From: an uncultured Clostridium sp.
Lineage (GTDB): Bacteria; Bacillota; Clostridia; TANB77; CAG-508
Direction of reading: 5' to 3'
Length of the DNA: 64,000 nucleotides
Assembly: GCA_947087745.1 (NCBI GenBank)
Contig: CAMUDX010000002.1
Location: 17,151-81,150 of the forward strand
Part shown: positions 23,334-34,283 of the stretch, in pieces
How the letters are laid out: each line of letters starts with the position of its first letter
Numbering within the stretch: position 1 is the stretch's first letter
Made by a program: the position numbers and the translations under genes
The notes under the pieces: generated by a model
Database searches by the model: none
Seen by the model: only the letters and a program-made list of their open reading frames with translations
Told to the model about the DNA's origin: nothing

Positions 23334-24038
23334 TCATACGATATACAATTCAAAATTCAATCCATCGGCACTTACTAATTTATACTCTATACCATCAATA
23401 AGACCTTCTATGGCTTCTTTAATAGAATCACTATGTAAATGCCCATATAAGCACTTTTTAACATTATACTTTTTCATAATATTCACAAAATTTAATTCTT
23501 CATCTTTAATAATTTTAAAATTATTAATTGGAGGATAATGCATACACACAATAATTTCTTTTTCAGTTCCGTATTTATTAATACCATCTTTTATAGATAA
23601 TTCTAACCTTGCAAGTTCTCTATTCAATATTTTTTCATCCTCTTCTTCATCAATTGTACTCCACCCTCTTGTTCCTGCAATTATATAATTATCATATTCA
23701 TATGCATTATTATATATAAAATCAATTGTTTCGAAACTATTTTCTTTTAAAAATCTCCTCATACTTGTTAATGTTGTCCACCAATAATCATGGTTACCTT
23801 TTAATAGAAGTTTTTTTCCTGGTAGGGAATTTAAGTATTCAAAATCTTTTTTTGTTTCTTGCAAATATGTAGCCCATGAAAAATCTCCTGGCAATAATAC
23901 TATGTCATCACTTTTTACTTTTTCTATCCAATTTTTCTTTATCTTTTCTTCATGACCTATCCAATTTTCTCCAAATATATCCATTGGTTTATTCTGCTCA
24001 AATGATAAATGTAGGTCTGCTATTGCATATATTGCCAT
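23334..24038 (-). CDS. calcineurin-like metallophosphoesterase
   Basis: DLHLS, GDF and GNHD metal-binding motifs. Confidence 0.7.
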   Translation of the reverse strand: MAIYAIADLHLSFEQNKPMDIFGENWIGHEEKIKKNWIEKVKSDDIVLLPGDFSWATYLQETKKDFEYLNSLPGKKLLLKGNHDYWWTTLTSMRRFLKENSFETIDFIYNNAYEYDNYIIAGTRGWSTIDEEEDEKILNRELARLELSIKDGINKYGTEKEIIVCMHYPPINNFKIIKDEELNFVNIMKKYNVKKCLYGHLHSDSIKEAIEGLIDGIEYKLVSADGLNFELYIV

Positions 24039-24041
24039 ATT

Positions 24042-25037
24042 TTATCTTTCTCCTATTTTTAAGTTTGGTACTGCATTTAACTTTAAATCAGAAATATCTC
24101 CATTTATATATCTATAATATCCTGCTGCACCTATCATCGCTCCATTATCTGTACACAATTTTAAATCAGGCATATATATTTGTATACCTTGTTCTTGTAA
24201 TTTCATAAATTCTTTTCTTATATATGAATTTGCCGATACTCCTCCTGCTAATGCTACAGCTTTTACTCCTGTTTGTTCAATTGCTTTTTTTGTATTTTCT
24301 ATTAGTATTTCTGTTACTGTCTTTTGAAAACTAGCACATAAATCAGCCTTATTTATATCTGGCTGTTTATGATGTAAATTTATTATTGCTGTTTTTATTC
24401 CACTAAAACTAAAATCTAAATTGTCTATATGTGTTTTTGGTAGTTCTATATTTGCTGTTCCTGTTTGTGCTAATTTATCTATTTTAGGTCCTCCTGGATA
24501 TCCTAGTCCTATTACTCTTGCTACTTTATCAAATGCCTCTCCTATTGCGTCATCTCGTGTTTTTCCTAATACCTCAAACCCACAATATTCTTTTACATGA
24601 ACTATTTGTGTGTTTCCTCCTGATGTCATCATGCATAAGAATGGAGGTTTTAAATCTTTATGTGTTATGTAGTTTGCAGCTATATGTCCTTCTATATGGT
24701 TTACTCCTACTAATGGCTTATTTATTGCATAACTTAGTCCTTTAGCATATGATAATCCTACTAATACTGCTCCTACTAGTCCAGGTCCATATGTTGGTGT
24801 TATAACATCTATATCTCTAAATGTTATTTTTGCTTCTTGTAATGCTTCTTTTACTACTCTTGTTATTGCTTCTATATGGTTTCTTGATGCTATTTCTGGT
24901 ACTACTCCTCCATATTTTTCATGTATTTTTATTTGTGTATCTATTATGTTTGATAGTATTTCTCTTCCATTTTTTATTACTGCTACCGCTGTTTCATCAC
25001 AGCTTGATTCTATTCCTAATGTTATTATATCTTTCAT
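24042..25037 (-). CDS. tsaD: tRNA N6-adenosine threonylcarbamoyltransferase TsaD
   Basis: [14 protein letters not shown]-terminus and Kae1/Gcp family signatures. The likely start is the internal MKDIITLG. Confidence 0.9.
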   Translation of the reverse strand: MKDIITLGIESSCDETAVAVIKNGREILSNIIDTQIKIHEKYGGVVPEIASRNHIEAITRVVKEALQEAKITFRDIDVITPTYGPGLVGAVLVGLSYAKGLSYAINKPLVGVNHIEGHIAANYITHKDLKPPFLCMMTSGGNTQIVHVKEYCGFEVLGKTRDDAIGEAFDKVARVIGLGYPGGPKIDKLAQTGTANIELPKTHIDNLDFSFSGIKTAIINLHHKQPDINKADLCASFQKTVTEILIENTKKAIEQTGVKAVALAGGVSANSYIRKEFMKLQEQGIQIYMPDLKLCTDNGAMIGAAGYYRYINGDISDLKLNAVPNLKIGER

Positions 25038-25109
25038 TTTATCTTTTCTTCCTTTTATGTTTTTTCTAAGACTTCTTCTATTTTGATACATTAATAAATT
25101 ATAATAGAT

Positions 25110-25847
25110 TTATCCTATTCTAAATATAAATACTCCTAGATTTACAATTTGTTCTGTTATATTAGATATTATAGGTGATATTAACTTACCTGCTATTCCT
25201 GTTATCCATATGAATAAAAATATCATATAAAAGATTTGCTCATTGTCTTGAAACCAATACTTTGCTTTTGTAGGAAGTATTGGCAAAAATATTTTTGAGC
25301 CATCTAGTGGTGGTAATGGTATTAGATTGAATACTCCTAAGCCTATATTCATTATTATTGTTGAAGATATTAATGACATTATTACTGTTCCTACAGTTGA
25401 AACTATAAATGTCGCACTTGCAAATTTAACTATTGCACAATATATTAGTGTAAATACAATTGCTAATACAAAGTTCATTAATGGTCCAGCAAGTGATACT
25501 ATCGCATCTGCTTTTTCCATTGACATTCTTCTGTCATAGTTTCTTGGATTTACTTGTACTGGCTTTCCCCATCCTATATGTGCAAATATTAGCATTGCTA
25601 ACCCTAATGGGTCTACATGGTCCATTGGATTTAAACTTAGTCTTCCTTGTCTTCTTGGTGTATCATCTCCTAATTTGTCTGCTGCATATGCGTGTGCAAA
25701 TTCATGGAATGTTATTGCTAATAACACTCCTGGTATTGATAGTAATAAACCTAATAGTGCTCCTTCTGTTGTTGCATAAGTAGATATTGTCCATAACACC
25801 ATTATTCCTATTAGTATATATATTATTCTTTTGTCAAAACTAAACAT
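25110..25847 (-). CDS. site-2 protease family (peptidase M50) membrane metalloprotease
   Basis: HEFAHAYAA (HExxH) in a TM helix, a second LDGS motif, and multiple TM segments. Confidence 0.7.
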   Translation of the reverse strand: MFSFDKRIIYILIGIMVLWTISTYATTEGALLGLLLSIPGVLLAITFHEFAHAYAADKLGDDTPRRQGRLSLNPMDHVDPLGLAMLIFAHIGWGKPVQVNPRNYDRRMSMEKADAIVSLAGPLMNFVLAIVFTLIYCAIVKFASATFIVSTVGTVIMSLISSTIIMNIGLGVFNLIPLPPLDGSKIFLPILPTKAKYWFQDNEQIFYMIFLFIWITGIAGKLISPIISNITEQIVNLGVFIFRIG

Positions 25848-25902
25848 TTATCTTTTTCCTTTCTCCTATTATATTTTATAATAAACTTATTCTGAAACTT
25901 GT

Positions 25903-26319
25903 TTATGGTCCTTCTTGCATTGCTTCCCATTGTATATTCGTTGGTTTGTTTTTTGTTGTACAAAATTCTATTGCAGCATTTATTGCAGATTCTATAGTAA
26001 CAAAGTAAGTATTACTAAAAGAAACGGGATTGTATGGAATAATGATAGTTTCACCATTTGGATTCAAGTCATTATTATCATTAAGTGACTGCCATTGCTC
26101 ATCTTTATTTATGTAATAAAGATAAGCATATTCCTCATTTGCTTCAATCCATAATTGTACTTCATCATCTTTGCTACCATGCTCACTAAAATAGAAATAA
26201 TTGTAGTTGGAACAACCATTTCCTAAATCAAAACGCAATTTCATAATATTTCTTATTTTTTCAAAACTTTCACATTCCTCGTTTTGACTTTTTTGGCCAT
26301 TGTAATATTCAACTTTCAA
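25903..26319 (-). CDS. hypothetical small acidic protein; first gene of the accessory region
   Basis: 138-aa ORF with no recognisable motif; it sits where conserved core synteny ends. Confidence 0.35.
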   Translation of the reverse strand: MKVEYYNGQKSQNEECESFEKIRNIMKLRFDLGNGCSNYNYFYFSEHGSKDDEVQLWIEANEEYAYLYYINKDEQWQSLNDNNDLNPNGETIIIPYNPVSFSNTYFVTIESAINAAIEFCTTKNKPTNIQWEAMQEGP

Positions 26320-26436
26320 AATAGCACTCTCCTGTTCCTAAACTAGTTGTTTTCTAGTTCATAATTATATATTCCACATATTAATGATAGACGCAAGTAG
26401 TGTCTTTTCCTCTTTTGTCAGCTGATTCTTTTGTCA

Positions 26437-26516
26437 CATTAATAGTATTTAATAATGTACCATCAAAATCAAAAAAGACAAATTTATATTCTTTCATTTT
26501 AATCTGCTCTCTAAAT
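26437..26516 (-). repeat. orphan 80-bp copy of the 5' end (RBS plus first ~20 codons) of the HAD-hydrolase gene at 31383..31462
   Basis: Exact 80-bp duplicate read directly in both places. Identity ends precisely at the boundary where the att-like repeat R1 begins in the other copy. Confidence 0.8.
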
Positions 26517-26618
26517 GAATAAGAAATTAAGCGATGTAAGTTTAAGAAAAAACTCCACTAGAAGCTCTTGGCAGATAAAACTTACATCGTTTAGTTTAAT
26601 TGCACAAACTGCGGAAAT

Positions 26619-27083
26619 TTAATCAAATATCTTTTGATGTGAAAAATCTCCATCATCATAAATAATTCCTTTTTTCATATTTTTAATTACATTTCTAATA
26701 CGTATAATGGTGTTTTCTGGTAATTCATTTATATTAAACCATTTTAAATCATCACATTTATTTGGCTCCATTATTTTTGGAGTTCCTGTATATTTATTGG
26801 TTGTAAAAAATACATTGATATAATCTTCTTGGTATGGATGAATAATAGAAACTAATTCTAAATTTTTTTCTTGTATGTCTAAATTAATTTCTTCCTTAGC
26901 CTCTCTACATAGTGCCATTGATAGTGATTCTCCTTTTTCAAGATGACCACTACAAGCTGTATCATATTTTCCATCCATATATCCTGTATTACATCTTTCT
27001 TGAAGTAAAATCTGTGTTTGTCCTTCTATTTCCCTTGTTAATATTAAAAATACTGCTACTTTACTTTGATATCTTTCTTTCAA
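26619..27083 (-). CDS. NUDIX hydrolase
   Basis: Nudix box GHLEKGESLSMALCREAKEEINL (Gx5Ex7REUxEExGU). Confidence 0.8.
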   Translation of the reverse strand: MKERYQSKVAVFLILTREIEGQTQILLQERCNTGYMDGKYDTACSGHLEKGESLSMALCREAKEEINLDIQEKNLELVSIIHPYQEDYINVFFTTNKYTGTPKIMEPNKCDDLKWFNINELPENTIIRIRNVIKNMKKGIIYDDGDFSHQKIFD

Positions 27084-27283
27084 ACTTATTTGCCTCCTTA
27101 CATTAAAACTTTTCTATGGAGTTTTTAAACTTTATCTCTTATTCTTTTTTTCTTATTTTACTATATTTTCCTGAATATATCAATTTTTAAGTTGAAATTT
27201 CTATAAAATTTTAGTAAAATATATATAGAGACCCCCTCCCCAATAAAGAGGCAATTTTTAAGAGGGTATGAAATTGTGAATTA

Positions 27284-28408
27284 TTATGCTGGACTAGGTC
27301 TTATTAAATGTCCAATTTCACAAACTGGACATAAATTAAAGTCTTTTCCAGACACTTTCTTTAGTATTTTGAGAGGGGAAATATTTTCTTTAGTTAACAC
27401 TTTTGTATTTGTGAGAGATTTACAAAGTGTTAATTTTTTCGTTTTATTTCTATTTCCCAATAATCCAAAATGTCGTATCTTCATAAATCTAGGTGGCAGT
27501 ATATGTAATATGAATCTTCTAATAAATTCATCTGCATCTAATACCATTGTTTTCATTTTATTTTTATCTCTATAATCACGCCATTTAAAAGTTACTTTTC
27601 CATTATCTATATTTAATATTCTACTATTAGAAATTGCTACTCTATGAGTATATCTTCCTAAATATTCTATTACACTATTTGCATTTTTAAATGGTGGCTT
27701 ACAATATACAACCCAATCCTTAACATACAATGAAGATATGAATTTATCAAATTCTTGTGGTATTTTTAGTTCTTCAAGTTCTTTGTAAAAATCAAGCTTT
27801 TCTTGTTTCATGTAGTATATCAATTTTCCTCTAAATACTTTAGACAATACCTTTACTGGTATGAAGAATTTCTTTTTACTATTTCTCCATTTTCCCAAGC
27901 TATCAAGTCCCCCAGCTAGTACTATACAATGTATATGTGGGTGGTCTTTTAAATTTTGACCCCATGTATGCAGAATGGTTGTAAATCCTATTTGTGCTCC
28001 TAAATATTTTTTATCGTTTGCTAGTTCTTGCAATGTTTCTGATACTGTTTTAAACATTATATTATACATTTTTGTTTGATTGTAATATACAACTTTATTT
28101 AATATATCTGGTACTGTAAATACCACATGAAAGTATTGCACATTTAATACATTAAACTTTTGATTATATATCCATTTTTCTTTTGCTGATGTTTGACATT
28201 TCGGACAATGCCTATTTCTACAAGAATTGTAACTAATTTTTTTATGACCACAATGGTCACATATATCTTCATGTGCTCCTAATTGTGCTGTCCTACATTT
28301 TTCTATTGCATTTAATGTTTTCTTTACATATATTGGCAAATTATGTTTTTCTTTATATTGTTTTCCATATTGACTTAATATATCTTGTAATTCAGGCATT
28401 TTCATCAC
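27284..28408 (-). CDS. IS91-family transposase (rolling-circle HUH/Y2)
   Basis: N-terminal zinc-binding cluster CDHCGHKK...CRNRHCPKC, HTWGQNL...HPHIHCIV (HUH) and C-terminal conserved tyrosines. Confidence 0.8.
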   Translation of the reverse strand: MMKMPELQDILSQYGKQYKEKHNLPIYVKKTLNAIEKCRTAQLGAHEDICDHCGHKKISYNSCRNRHCPKCQTSAKEKWIYNQKFNVLNVQYFHVVFTVPDILNKVVYYNQTKMYNIMFKTVSETLQELANDKKYLGAQIGFTTILHTWGQNLKDHPHIHCIVLAGGLDSLGKWRNSKKKFFIPVKVLSKVFRGKLIYYMKQEKLDFYKELEELKIPQEFDKFISSLYVKDWVVYCKPPFKNANSVIEYLGRYTHRVAISNSRILNIDNGKVTFKWRDYRDKNKMKTMVLDADEFIRRFILHILPPRFMKIRHFGLLGNRNKTKKLTLCKSLTNTKVLTKENISPLKILKKVSGKDFNLCPVCEIGHLIRPSPA

Positions 28409-29274
28409 CTGACCTATACAATCTATCTAATGGATTTACAATGTCTTTTTCTACATTTGCAAGATGTAAATATTCCATTGTTGACCTTATTCCTGAATGT
28501 CCAAGTAATTTTTGTAAATGCAATATGTCTAATCCATTTTCTATTAAATCTGTTGCAAAATTATGTCTTAATCCATGTACTGTTACTTTTCTTGTTATTC
28601 CTGCTTTTTTTCTTATTTCTCTAAATGCAATTTCTGGACCTGATGGAGTATATTTGTCGTTTGTTTGTTGAGAAATGAATAGATAATTTTCCTTGTGCTT
28701 CGGTCTATATGCTTTAAAATATTCTCTTAATATTTCTAAATTAATTTGTGATAGCAAAGTATATCTATACTTGCTTTCTTTTCCTTCTCGGACTAATATT
28801 CTCATATTTTTACTATCAATATCTTGTATTCTTAAATTACACAGTTCTGATACTCTAAGTCCTCCACCATATACTGTCATAAACATAGCTTTATATTTTA
28901 AACCGCAATCTTTTATTCTCACAAGCCTTAAAAAATCTTTTCAGTTCTTCCTTTGTAAACATTTCTGGCTTATTCTTTTGTATTTTAAATAGAGGTATCC
29001 TCTTTAAATTTAATACTTTATTTAGTGTTGTTCCATACATAAATCGTACTGCACTGTTATATGTATTTACATCTCGTCTTTTGTTTTTACGTTCTTCTAC
29101 TAGATATTTTAGAAAATCTCTAATATCATCTTCTGTTAATTTTTCAATATCTTTTCCTTTGTGAAATTCCATATATCTACTAACTCGCCAGATATATGAT
29201 TTTTTTGTTTTTTCTGCTAAACCTCTAAATGTCATGTCTTCTTCCATGTGTTTTATTATTTCTTCATTACACAT
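28392..29274 (-). pseudogene. IS91-associated tyrosine recombinase (phage-integrase-like), frameshifted
   Basis: ORF 28891..29274 encodes a SAM-like N domain (ends ...FKACENKRLRFKI*). ORF 28392..28922 encodes the catalytic domain (RVSE...HGLRHNFATDL...LGHSGIRSTMEYLH). The two overlap out of frame at an AAAA run; removing one A gives a continuous integrase. Confidence 0.65.
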
Positions 29275-29447
29275 AAAAAACTCCTTTCAATAGATATTTG
29301 TAGACATAATCTACTTAATATCTATTTTAAAGAGTTTTTCTTGATATTTCAATACTTACAGCTTTTTAGATTTTAACTAGTAGCAATTTGTTATTTTTAG
29401 TGCTATACTAACTTAAACGACCACTGCGACAGCAGTTTAGTGCAATT

Positions 29448-29519
29448 ACTATTTTTATTATAATGCAATTTTAATGCTACCCGATTAAATTTATTAAAAT
29501 CCATTAAACTTTATTAATC
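29448..29519. repeat. att-like repeat family, compact copy (R1-R2-R3')
   Basis: tactatttttattataatgcaattttaatgctac + ccgattaaatttattaaaa + tccattaaactttattaatc. Related copies lie at 31463.., 34607.. and 34846... Confidence 0.75.
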
Positions 29520-30410
29520 TTATTGTTTATTTAATTTTTTATAAGCTACTGTTAATATCTCCTTATACTTTCCTTTAATAACTTCTTTATAAAATTCTTT
29601 TCTTATATTTGAAATTATATTAATTTCATCTATCAACTTAAAAATTTCATTCATATTAATTCTATCATACATTCTAATTAAAGCATTATTACAATCTTCA
29701 TTTTTCAAACTTGTAATAAATTCAAAGTATTTTATTTTTGCACCATCATCTCTAATTGCAGATGATGTATTTTTTATACAATCTTGCATTTTTGAGTTAT
29801 TTTCTAAACATTCTTGCATTTTTTCATCTGTGTATACTGAAAATAAGCAAGAGCCACAATCATAAATTGGTGCAAATGTTAATTTTTCATCTTTAATATT
29901 CTTTAAAAATCCCCAATTCCCATTGTGCCTATCTTCATTTCCTATTAAGCAATCAATTATAAACATATTCCAAAATTTTTCTTTTAATTTATCTAAATCT
30001 ATATTGTAGATTCCTGTTTGTACTATATGAAATATGTCTTTTAATTCTCTTTTGAAAGGATTTGGCTCTATACTAGCATTTTCAAATTTTTCAAATTCAA
30101 CTAATTTAGTATCACAATCTGTAAAATCTTCACATCCACAAACAATTCTTTCTTTTCCATCTTTATTGTAAATACCAAGTTCTACTTTTTGTGTTTCAAA
30201 TCCACATAATTCAAATACTTTAGTACCTATATATTCAGAATATACATTATTTATATATGATATTTCTATCTTTGTTGATCTATTAGGATCTGGAAATTTA
30301 ACTAAATATTTTTTGTTATTTAATATCATTGTCTTTTTCTTTTCACTACCAGTATATTCTGGTGCTATTTCTAAAGCTTTTGAAAAATCTAATAATTGCA
30401 TGTTTCCCAC
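29520..30410 (-). CDS. HipA-like kinase-domain protein (toxin-like)
   Basis: IGNEDRHNGNWGFL matches the HipA/CtkA catalytic-loop motif (D-x-H-x-x-N). 296 aa, shorter than canonical HipA. Confidence 0.55.
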   Translation of the reverse strand: MGNMQLLDFSKALEIAPEYTGSEKKKTMILNNKKYLVKFPDPNRSTKIEISYINNVYSEYIGTKVFELCGFETQKVELGIYNKDGKERIVCGCEDFTDCDTKLVEFEKFENASIEPNPFKRELKDIFHIVQTGIYNIDLDKLKEKFWNMFIIDCLIGNEDRHNGNWGFLKNIKDEKLTFAPIYDCGSCLFSVYTDEKMQECLENNSKMQDCIKNTSSAIRDDGAKIKYFEFITSLKNEDCNNALIRMYDRINMNEIFKLIDEINIISNIRKEFYKEVIKGKYKEILTVAYKKLNKQ

Positions 30411-30425
30411 TCCTTTTTTATTTTC

Positions 30426-30656
30426 CTATTTATTTGCTAATTCATTATCTACATACTCTCGTGCTTCTTCAATATTATCTGTTTCTACAAAGATATTTTC
30501 ATTTTCGTCTTCAACAGAATATCTCGTATATTCTCCTCTTATATAACTATATATTATATAACCTTTATATCTTTCCACCAAATCATTATATCTTCTTCTC
30601 ATTGGACCTTTACAAGTTATATCTTGAATTTCATATTCTTTAAAATTAAATTTCAT
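30426..30656 (-). CDS. small hypothetical protein upstream of the HipA-like gene
   Basis: 76-aa ORF from MKFNFKEY, just upstream of the HipA-like gene. It has no HTH motif. Confidence 0.3.
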   Translation of the reverse strand: MKFNFKEYEIQDITCKGPMRRRYNDLVERYKGYIIYSYIRGEYTRYSVEDENENIFVETDNIEEAREYVDNELANK

Positions 30657-30984
30657 AACTACTATTCTTTCTTTAAAATTTATTATTATAAAAAACAAAA
30701 TAGGATATATTATTTATACCCTACTTGTAATGTAAATCTCCCTACTTAAGTGGCAAGGGTTTTCCAATTATCATTTTTTATATTATAGGATACTTTTATA
30801 TTAATGTCAATTATATTTAACATTAATTTTATATATTATAATTCTAATTTCTCATTTTTGTCTCATCTTTTAGTACTCTCTGCTGAAATAAAATCAAATT
30901 TTTTTTAATTTTCCTTTATAGTGTTTACATCTCTATCTTATAAAAGCATAGTTTTCATTTTGTTAAATCTATATTCTCAATATT

Positions 30985-31443
30985 ATTAATTGCATGTTTC
31001 ATAATCTCTTTTTTTGTTATTCGAGAACTGTCTGTCGTCGCTCCAACTACCATATCAAAATATTTAAATATATCAAAATATTTTTATATTTTAATAGCAG
31101 TTTGTTCTAATTTAGCAGTTACTATAATTAATTTTTTTCCCTTTTTCTTTAATGTGCTTAACATTTCTTCAATTCCATTATACAACTCATTACATTCAAC
31201 GGTATTTTCACTTTGGTATTTTCTATATAATTTTATAGCTTCTTCTATATCTTCATCATTCACATTATATTTCTTAAAAGATTCTCTCAATGGTGGACCG
31301 CAAAAAATATTTCCTATATTTTCAGCATCCGATACTAATATATTAAAATGTTTTAAAGCATATAGAGCTGATTCTTTTGTCCCATTAATAGTATTTAATA
31401 ATGTACCATCAAAATCAAAAAAGACAAATTTATATTCTTTCAT
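30985..31443 (-). pseudogene. HAD-family hydrolase, disrupted by frameshift/stop
   Basis: N-terminal FFDFDGTLLNT (HAD motif I). The ORF stops after 119 aa, and the C-terminal motif (...VVGATTDSSRITKKEIM...) continues in another frame, next to an ~18-bp tandem duplication atatcaaaatattt. Confidence 0.6.
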
Positions 31444-31462
31444 TTTAATCTGCTCTCTAAAT

Positions 31463-31617
31463 TACTATTTTTATTATAATGCAATTTTAATGCTACCAAC
31501 TTAAAAATTAGTAAAAACATAATAATTTTTTCATTTTAATTATTTTTATAAATTTTTCTATATAGTACAGTTTCAATACTTTTAAGTTCTTATTAAACTT
31601 TATTAAAACTCATTAAC
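31463..31617. repeat. att-like repeat family, expanded copy (R1 ... ~95 bp ... R3)
   Basis: R1 tactatttttattataatgcaattttaatgctac at 31463-31496; R3 cttattaaactttattaaaactcattaac at 31589-31617. Homologous over its length to copy 34607-34762. Confidence 0.75.
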
Positions 31618-31627
31618 TTTTAATAAA

Positions 31628-32358
31628 TTAATCAACTTCTTCTGACACTTGTTCTATTGTTAGTATATAACTTTGCAATTTTTCACTAAGTCTTTCTTGG
31701 CATTTTTTTAATACTTGAGTTAATTGTTCTAAACTTCCTGTCCTTTGAGCCTTATATAAAGCCTCTCTATATTCTTTATTATATTCATCATCAATAGCAA
31801 TTAAATCAACATTATTCTCTAAACATTGTCTAAGTATAATAAATCTTCCTATTCTTCCATTGCCATCTTGAAAAGGGTGTATATGTTCAAATTTTTGATG
31901 AAAATCAGCTATAGCATGAATATCTTTTTTACTTTCTTTCCAATCTTCAAGTAAATTATAAATACTATTCTTAACTAAATGTGGTTCACACAATTTTAAG
32001 TCTGTCTTAGAAAGTCGATTCTCATATTTTTTCCATCTCCCTATATTATCTATTTCATCATCTACAGTTCCTTTTTTTAATAATCTATGCCACTGCCATA
32101 ATAAATATTTATCAAGTGGTTCTTTTAATGTATTGACTACATTATCAAATAATTCTAATGAGTTCTTTGTTTCTATTACATCATCTAAAAAATGTTCACC
32201 GATTAACTTGTTTTTGCTCTAAAAGATCTATTAAATTTTCTTTGCTAAACGTACTTCCCTCAAGTTTATTTGAATGGTATAGATATTCTATTTTGATTGC
32301 TCATATACTGAATTTTTTATTTTTGATAATTTTTGCATAGTATTAATAGATATTTTCA
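31628..32358 (-). pseudogene. Fic/Doc family protein, N-terminal half fragmented by multiple frameshifts
   Basis: The intact C-terminal ORF carries HPFQDGNGRIGR (Fic motif HxFx[DE]GNGR). The upstream ~350 bp encodes recognisable Fic N-terminal pieces (YHSNKLEGSTFSKE...) in three different frames. Confidence 0.6.
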
Positions 32359-32512
32359 TATACTTTTCCTCCCTTCGTATTTTTACTTTTTGAAATTTTT
32401 ATTATAAATTCAACAGTATATATAATATTATAATTCTTCTCTTTTAACTAACCTTTTGTATAGAATCTAGCCATTTCAAATTCACTATGAAATTGTAATT
32501 TTGCAGTTACTT

Positions 32513-33040
32513 TTAAATTTCTTTAATGATACTTTCTAAACTAGAAAAATCAACAAAATTAACTTTTTGATTATAAGTATCTATCATTGCTTTAACTTCT
32601 GCTGTTTTCTTTTCTTCTGGTAGTCCTTTTGCTTTTTTATAAAGTAAACTCATCATTGTTTTATGAGCAAAATTTAATTTTGAATAATCTATTCCACCTC
32701 TTAAATGATAAATAGATGCTTTTTCATATATTTCATTTGAAAGTTGTCTTTTCATACCATTTTCTATATTACTTGTATTTTCTATATCCATAGGGTCTGC
32801 TAATCCAACTGTTGCAATTATTATTTTCTTATTTCCATAATTAGATATTTTTTTGAAAGTTTTAGCCATTCCTAAAACTCCACCTGCATAAAGTCCACCT
32901 AGATAAATAATTTTATCATACTTATTTATATCTTTTATTTCTTCAAACGATATTGCTTGTATTTTAGTTATTTTTGATAATTCCTCTGCATACATTCTTG
33001 TTGTTCCATATTGAGAACCATATATTATAATTTCACTCAT
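32513..33040 (-). CDS. flavodoxin-like fold protein
   Basis: IIIYGSQYGTTRMYAEEL N-terminus typical of flavodoxin-like FMN-binding proteins. Confidence 0.65.
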   Translation of the reverse strand: MSEIIIYGSQYGTTRMYAEELSKITKIQAISFEEIKDINKYDKIIYLGGLYAGGVLGMAKTFKKISNYGNKKIIIATVGLADPMDIENTSNIENGMKRQLSNEIYEKASIYHLRGGIDYSKLNFAHKTMMSLLYKKAKGLPEEKKTAEVKAMIDTYNQKVNFVDFSSLESIIKEI

Positions 33041-33065
33041 ATAAATCTCCTCTATTTATTGTAAT

Positions 33066-33782
33066 TTAGCGAATACTTTTATAATCAATATTGGCTAATT
33101 TTGCTTGCTTACACAAATCCTTTGTTTGTATTTTATATTGTTTTCCATCTTTTATTGTATAAGTTCCACATTGTCTAAATTCAAAACTAACCTCTTTTCT
33201 TATACATTGCTCTCTAATATCTAAAGCCCACGAATAATCAAATATTCTAGCATTTATATCAGATTCTCCACCAACTACTACAAGTTCTATATTATCAAGA
33301 TATTTTTCTATATATATTTTCTCTAATAATGGCTGTGCTGTTATACATTTATGTTTTATTGGTAAATCTTTAAAAATTGATAACTTATAATCAGCATTTT
33401 TTTGATTTTCAATAGTACAACATACAACTACATTATCATATCCATCATTCCAGTCATTTGGAATACATTTCATAAATCTATCAATTCTTTTTGTTAGAAA
33501 CAGAAAAGTACAGTCCTGCCTTTCTTTAATCATTTTCCAACAGTCATTTCTCCACTCGTCTGCTTCTTCAATAAGAAAATCTGTAGAAAAACATAAATAA
33601 ACAATTCCAGATTTCATTTTATAATTGCCATTTTTTAATTTCTCTATTGGCTTTTCAAAGTCTTTTGTTTTTATAATTTCATTTGTATCTACTTTTCTTT
33701 TAAAATCTCCTTTATGAATATAGCAATGTAAACAACCATCACTACATTTCTTACATCCTCGCCAAGCGTTCCACATTGCCAT
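33066..33782 (-). CDS. DUF5131 / phage Gp37-Gp68 family protein
   Basis: N-terminal WNAWRGCKKCSDGCLHCY matches the WNP..GC...S.GC..CYA signature of this family. Confidence 0.55.
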   Translation of the reverse strand: MAMWNAWRGCKKCSDGCLHCYIHKGDFKRKVDTNEIIKTKDFEKPIEKLKNGNYKMKSGIVYLCFSTDFLIEEADEWRNDCWKMIKERQDCTFLFLTKRIDRFMKCIPNDWNDGYDNVVVCCTIENQKNADYKLSIFKDLPIKHKCITAQPLLEKIYIEKYLDNIELVVVGGESDINARIFDYSWALDIREQCIRKEVSFEFRQCGTYTIKDGKQYKIQTKDLCKQAKLANIDYKSIR

Positions 33783-33794
33783 ATTTATACCACC

Positions 33795-34247
33795 TTAAAA
33801 TTTTGATTTTTCATAATTATAAGGAATACTTGTTCCTACAACTACATCTTCTATTTTTTCAATAATTAACCAATCATCCATATTTCCTTGATGGTCAAAA
33901 TCTAATGCTGTAATTTCTCCTACATCTTTAAATTCAACTAAACACAAACATTTTTTGTGCCATCTTTCTTTTTGCTTATCAGTTAGTTGTAATTTACTAT
34001 TATTATCTTCAATAGTTTTTGTTATTTCTTCATCACTTAGCTTTACATAGTTTTGAACATCTGTTACAACTGCTTTTGCTGTAATCTTTTTTGTTCCTTT
34101 TTCCATAAAATAAAGTGTTTCGTCTTTAAATACTCTACTATGTGGTATTTTTCTTCCTGCTGCACCTCTTATAATCATTGTTTTACTACCATCTATAATC
34201 TTATTTAATTCTTTTGATTTATCATCACAATATACTAAATGCACCAT
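33795..34247 (-). CDS. ASCH/PUA-like domain protein (tentative)
   Basis: 150 aa; GSKTMIIRG...PHSRVFKDETLYFMEKG resembles the ASCH beta-barrel. Weak call. Confidence 0.35.
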   Translation of the reverse strand: MVHLVYCDDKSKELNKIIDGSKTMIIRGAAGRKIPHSRVFKDETLYFMEKGTKKITAKAVVTDVQNYVKLSDEEITKTIEDNNSKLQLTDKQKERWHKKCLCLVEFKDVGEITALDFDHQGNMDDWLIIEKIEDVVVGTSIPYNYEKSKF

Positions 34248-34283
34248 AATTTTACCTCATCTTTCTAATTTTAAGTTGTATAT

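Larger units (their letters stand above)
27250..29300 (-). mobile_element. IS91-family insertion sequence (HUH Y2 transposase plus upstream integrase-like orf); approximate boundaries
   Basis: Combination of an IS91-type transposase and an overlapping upstream phage-integrase-like ORF, as seen in a subgroup of IS91-family elements. The ends were not mapped. Confidence 0.5.

Noticed and set aside
30426-30698. The small ORF upstream of the HipA-like gene as a HipB-type antitoxin.
   Set aside because: It has no XRE/HTH motif and no similarity to HipB, so a TA pairing cannot be supported from sequence alone.
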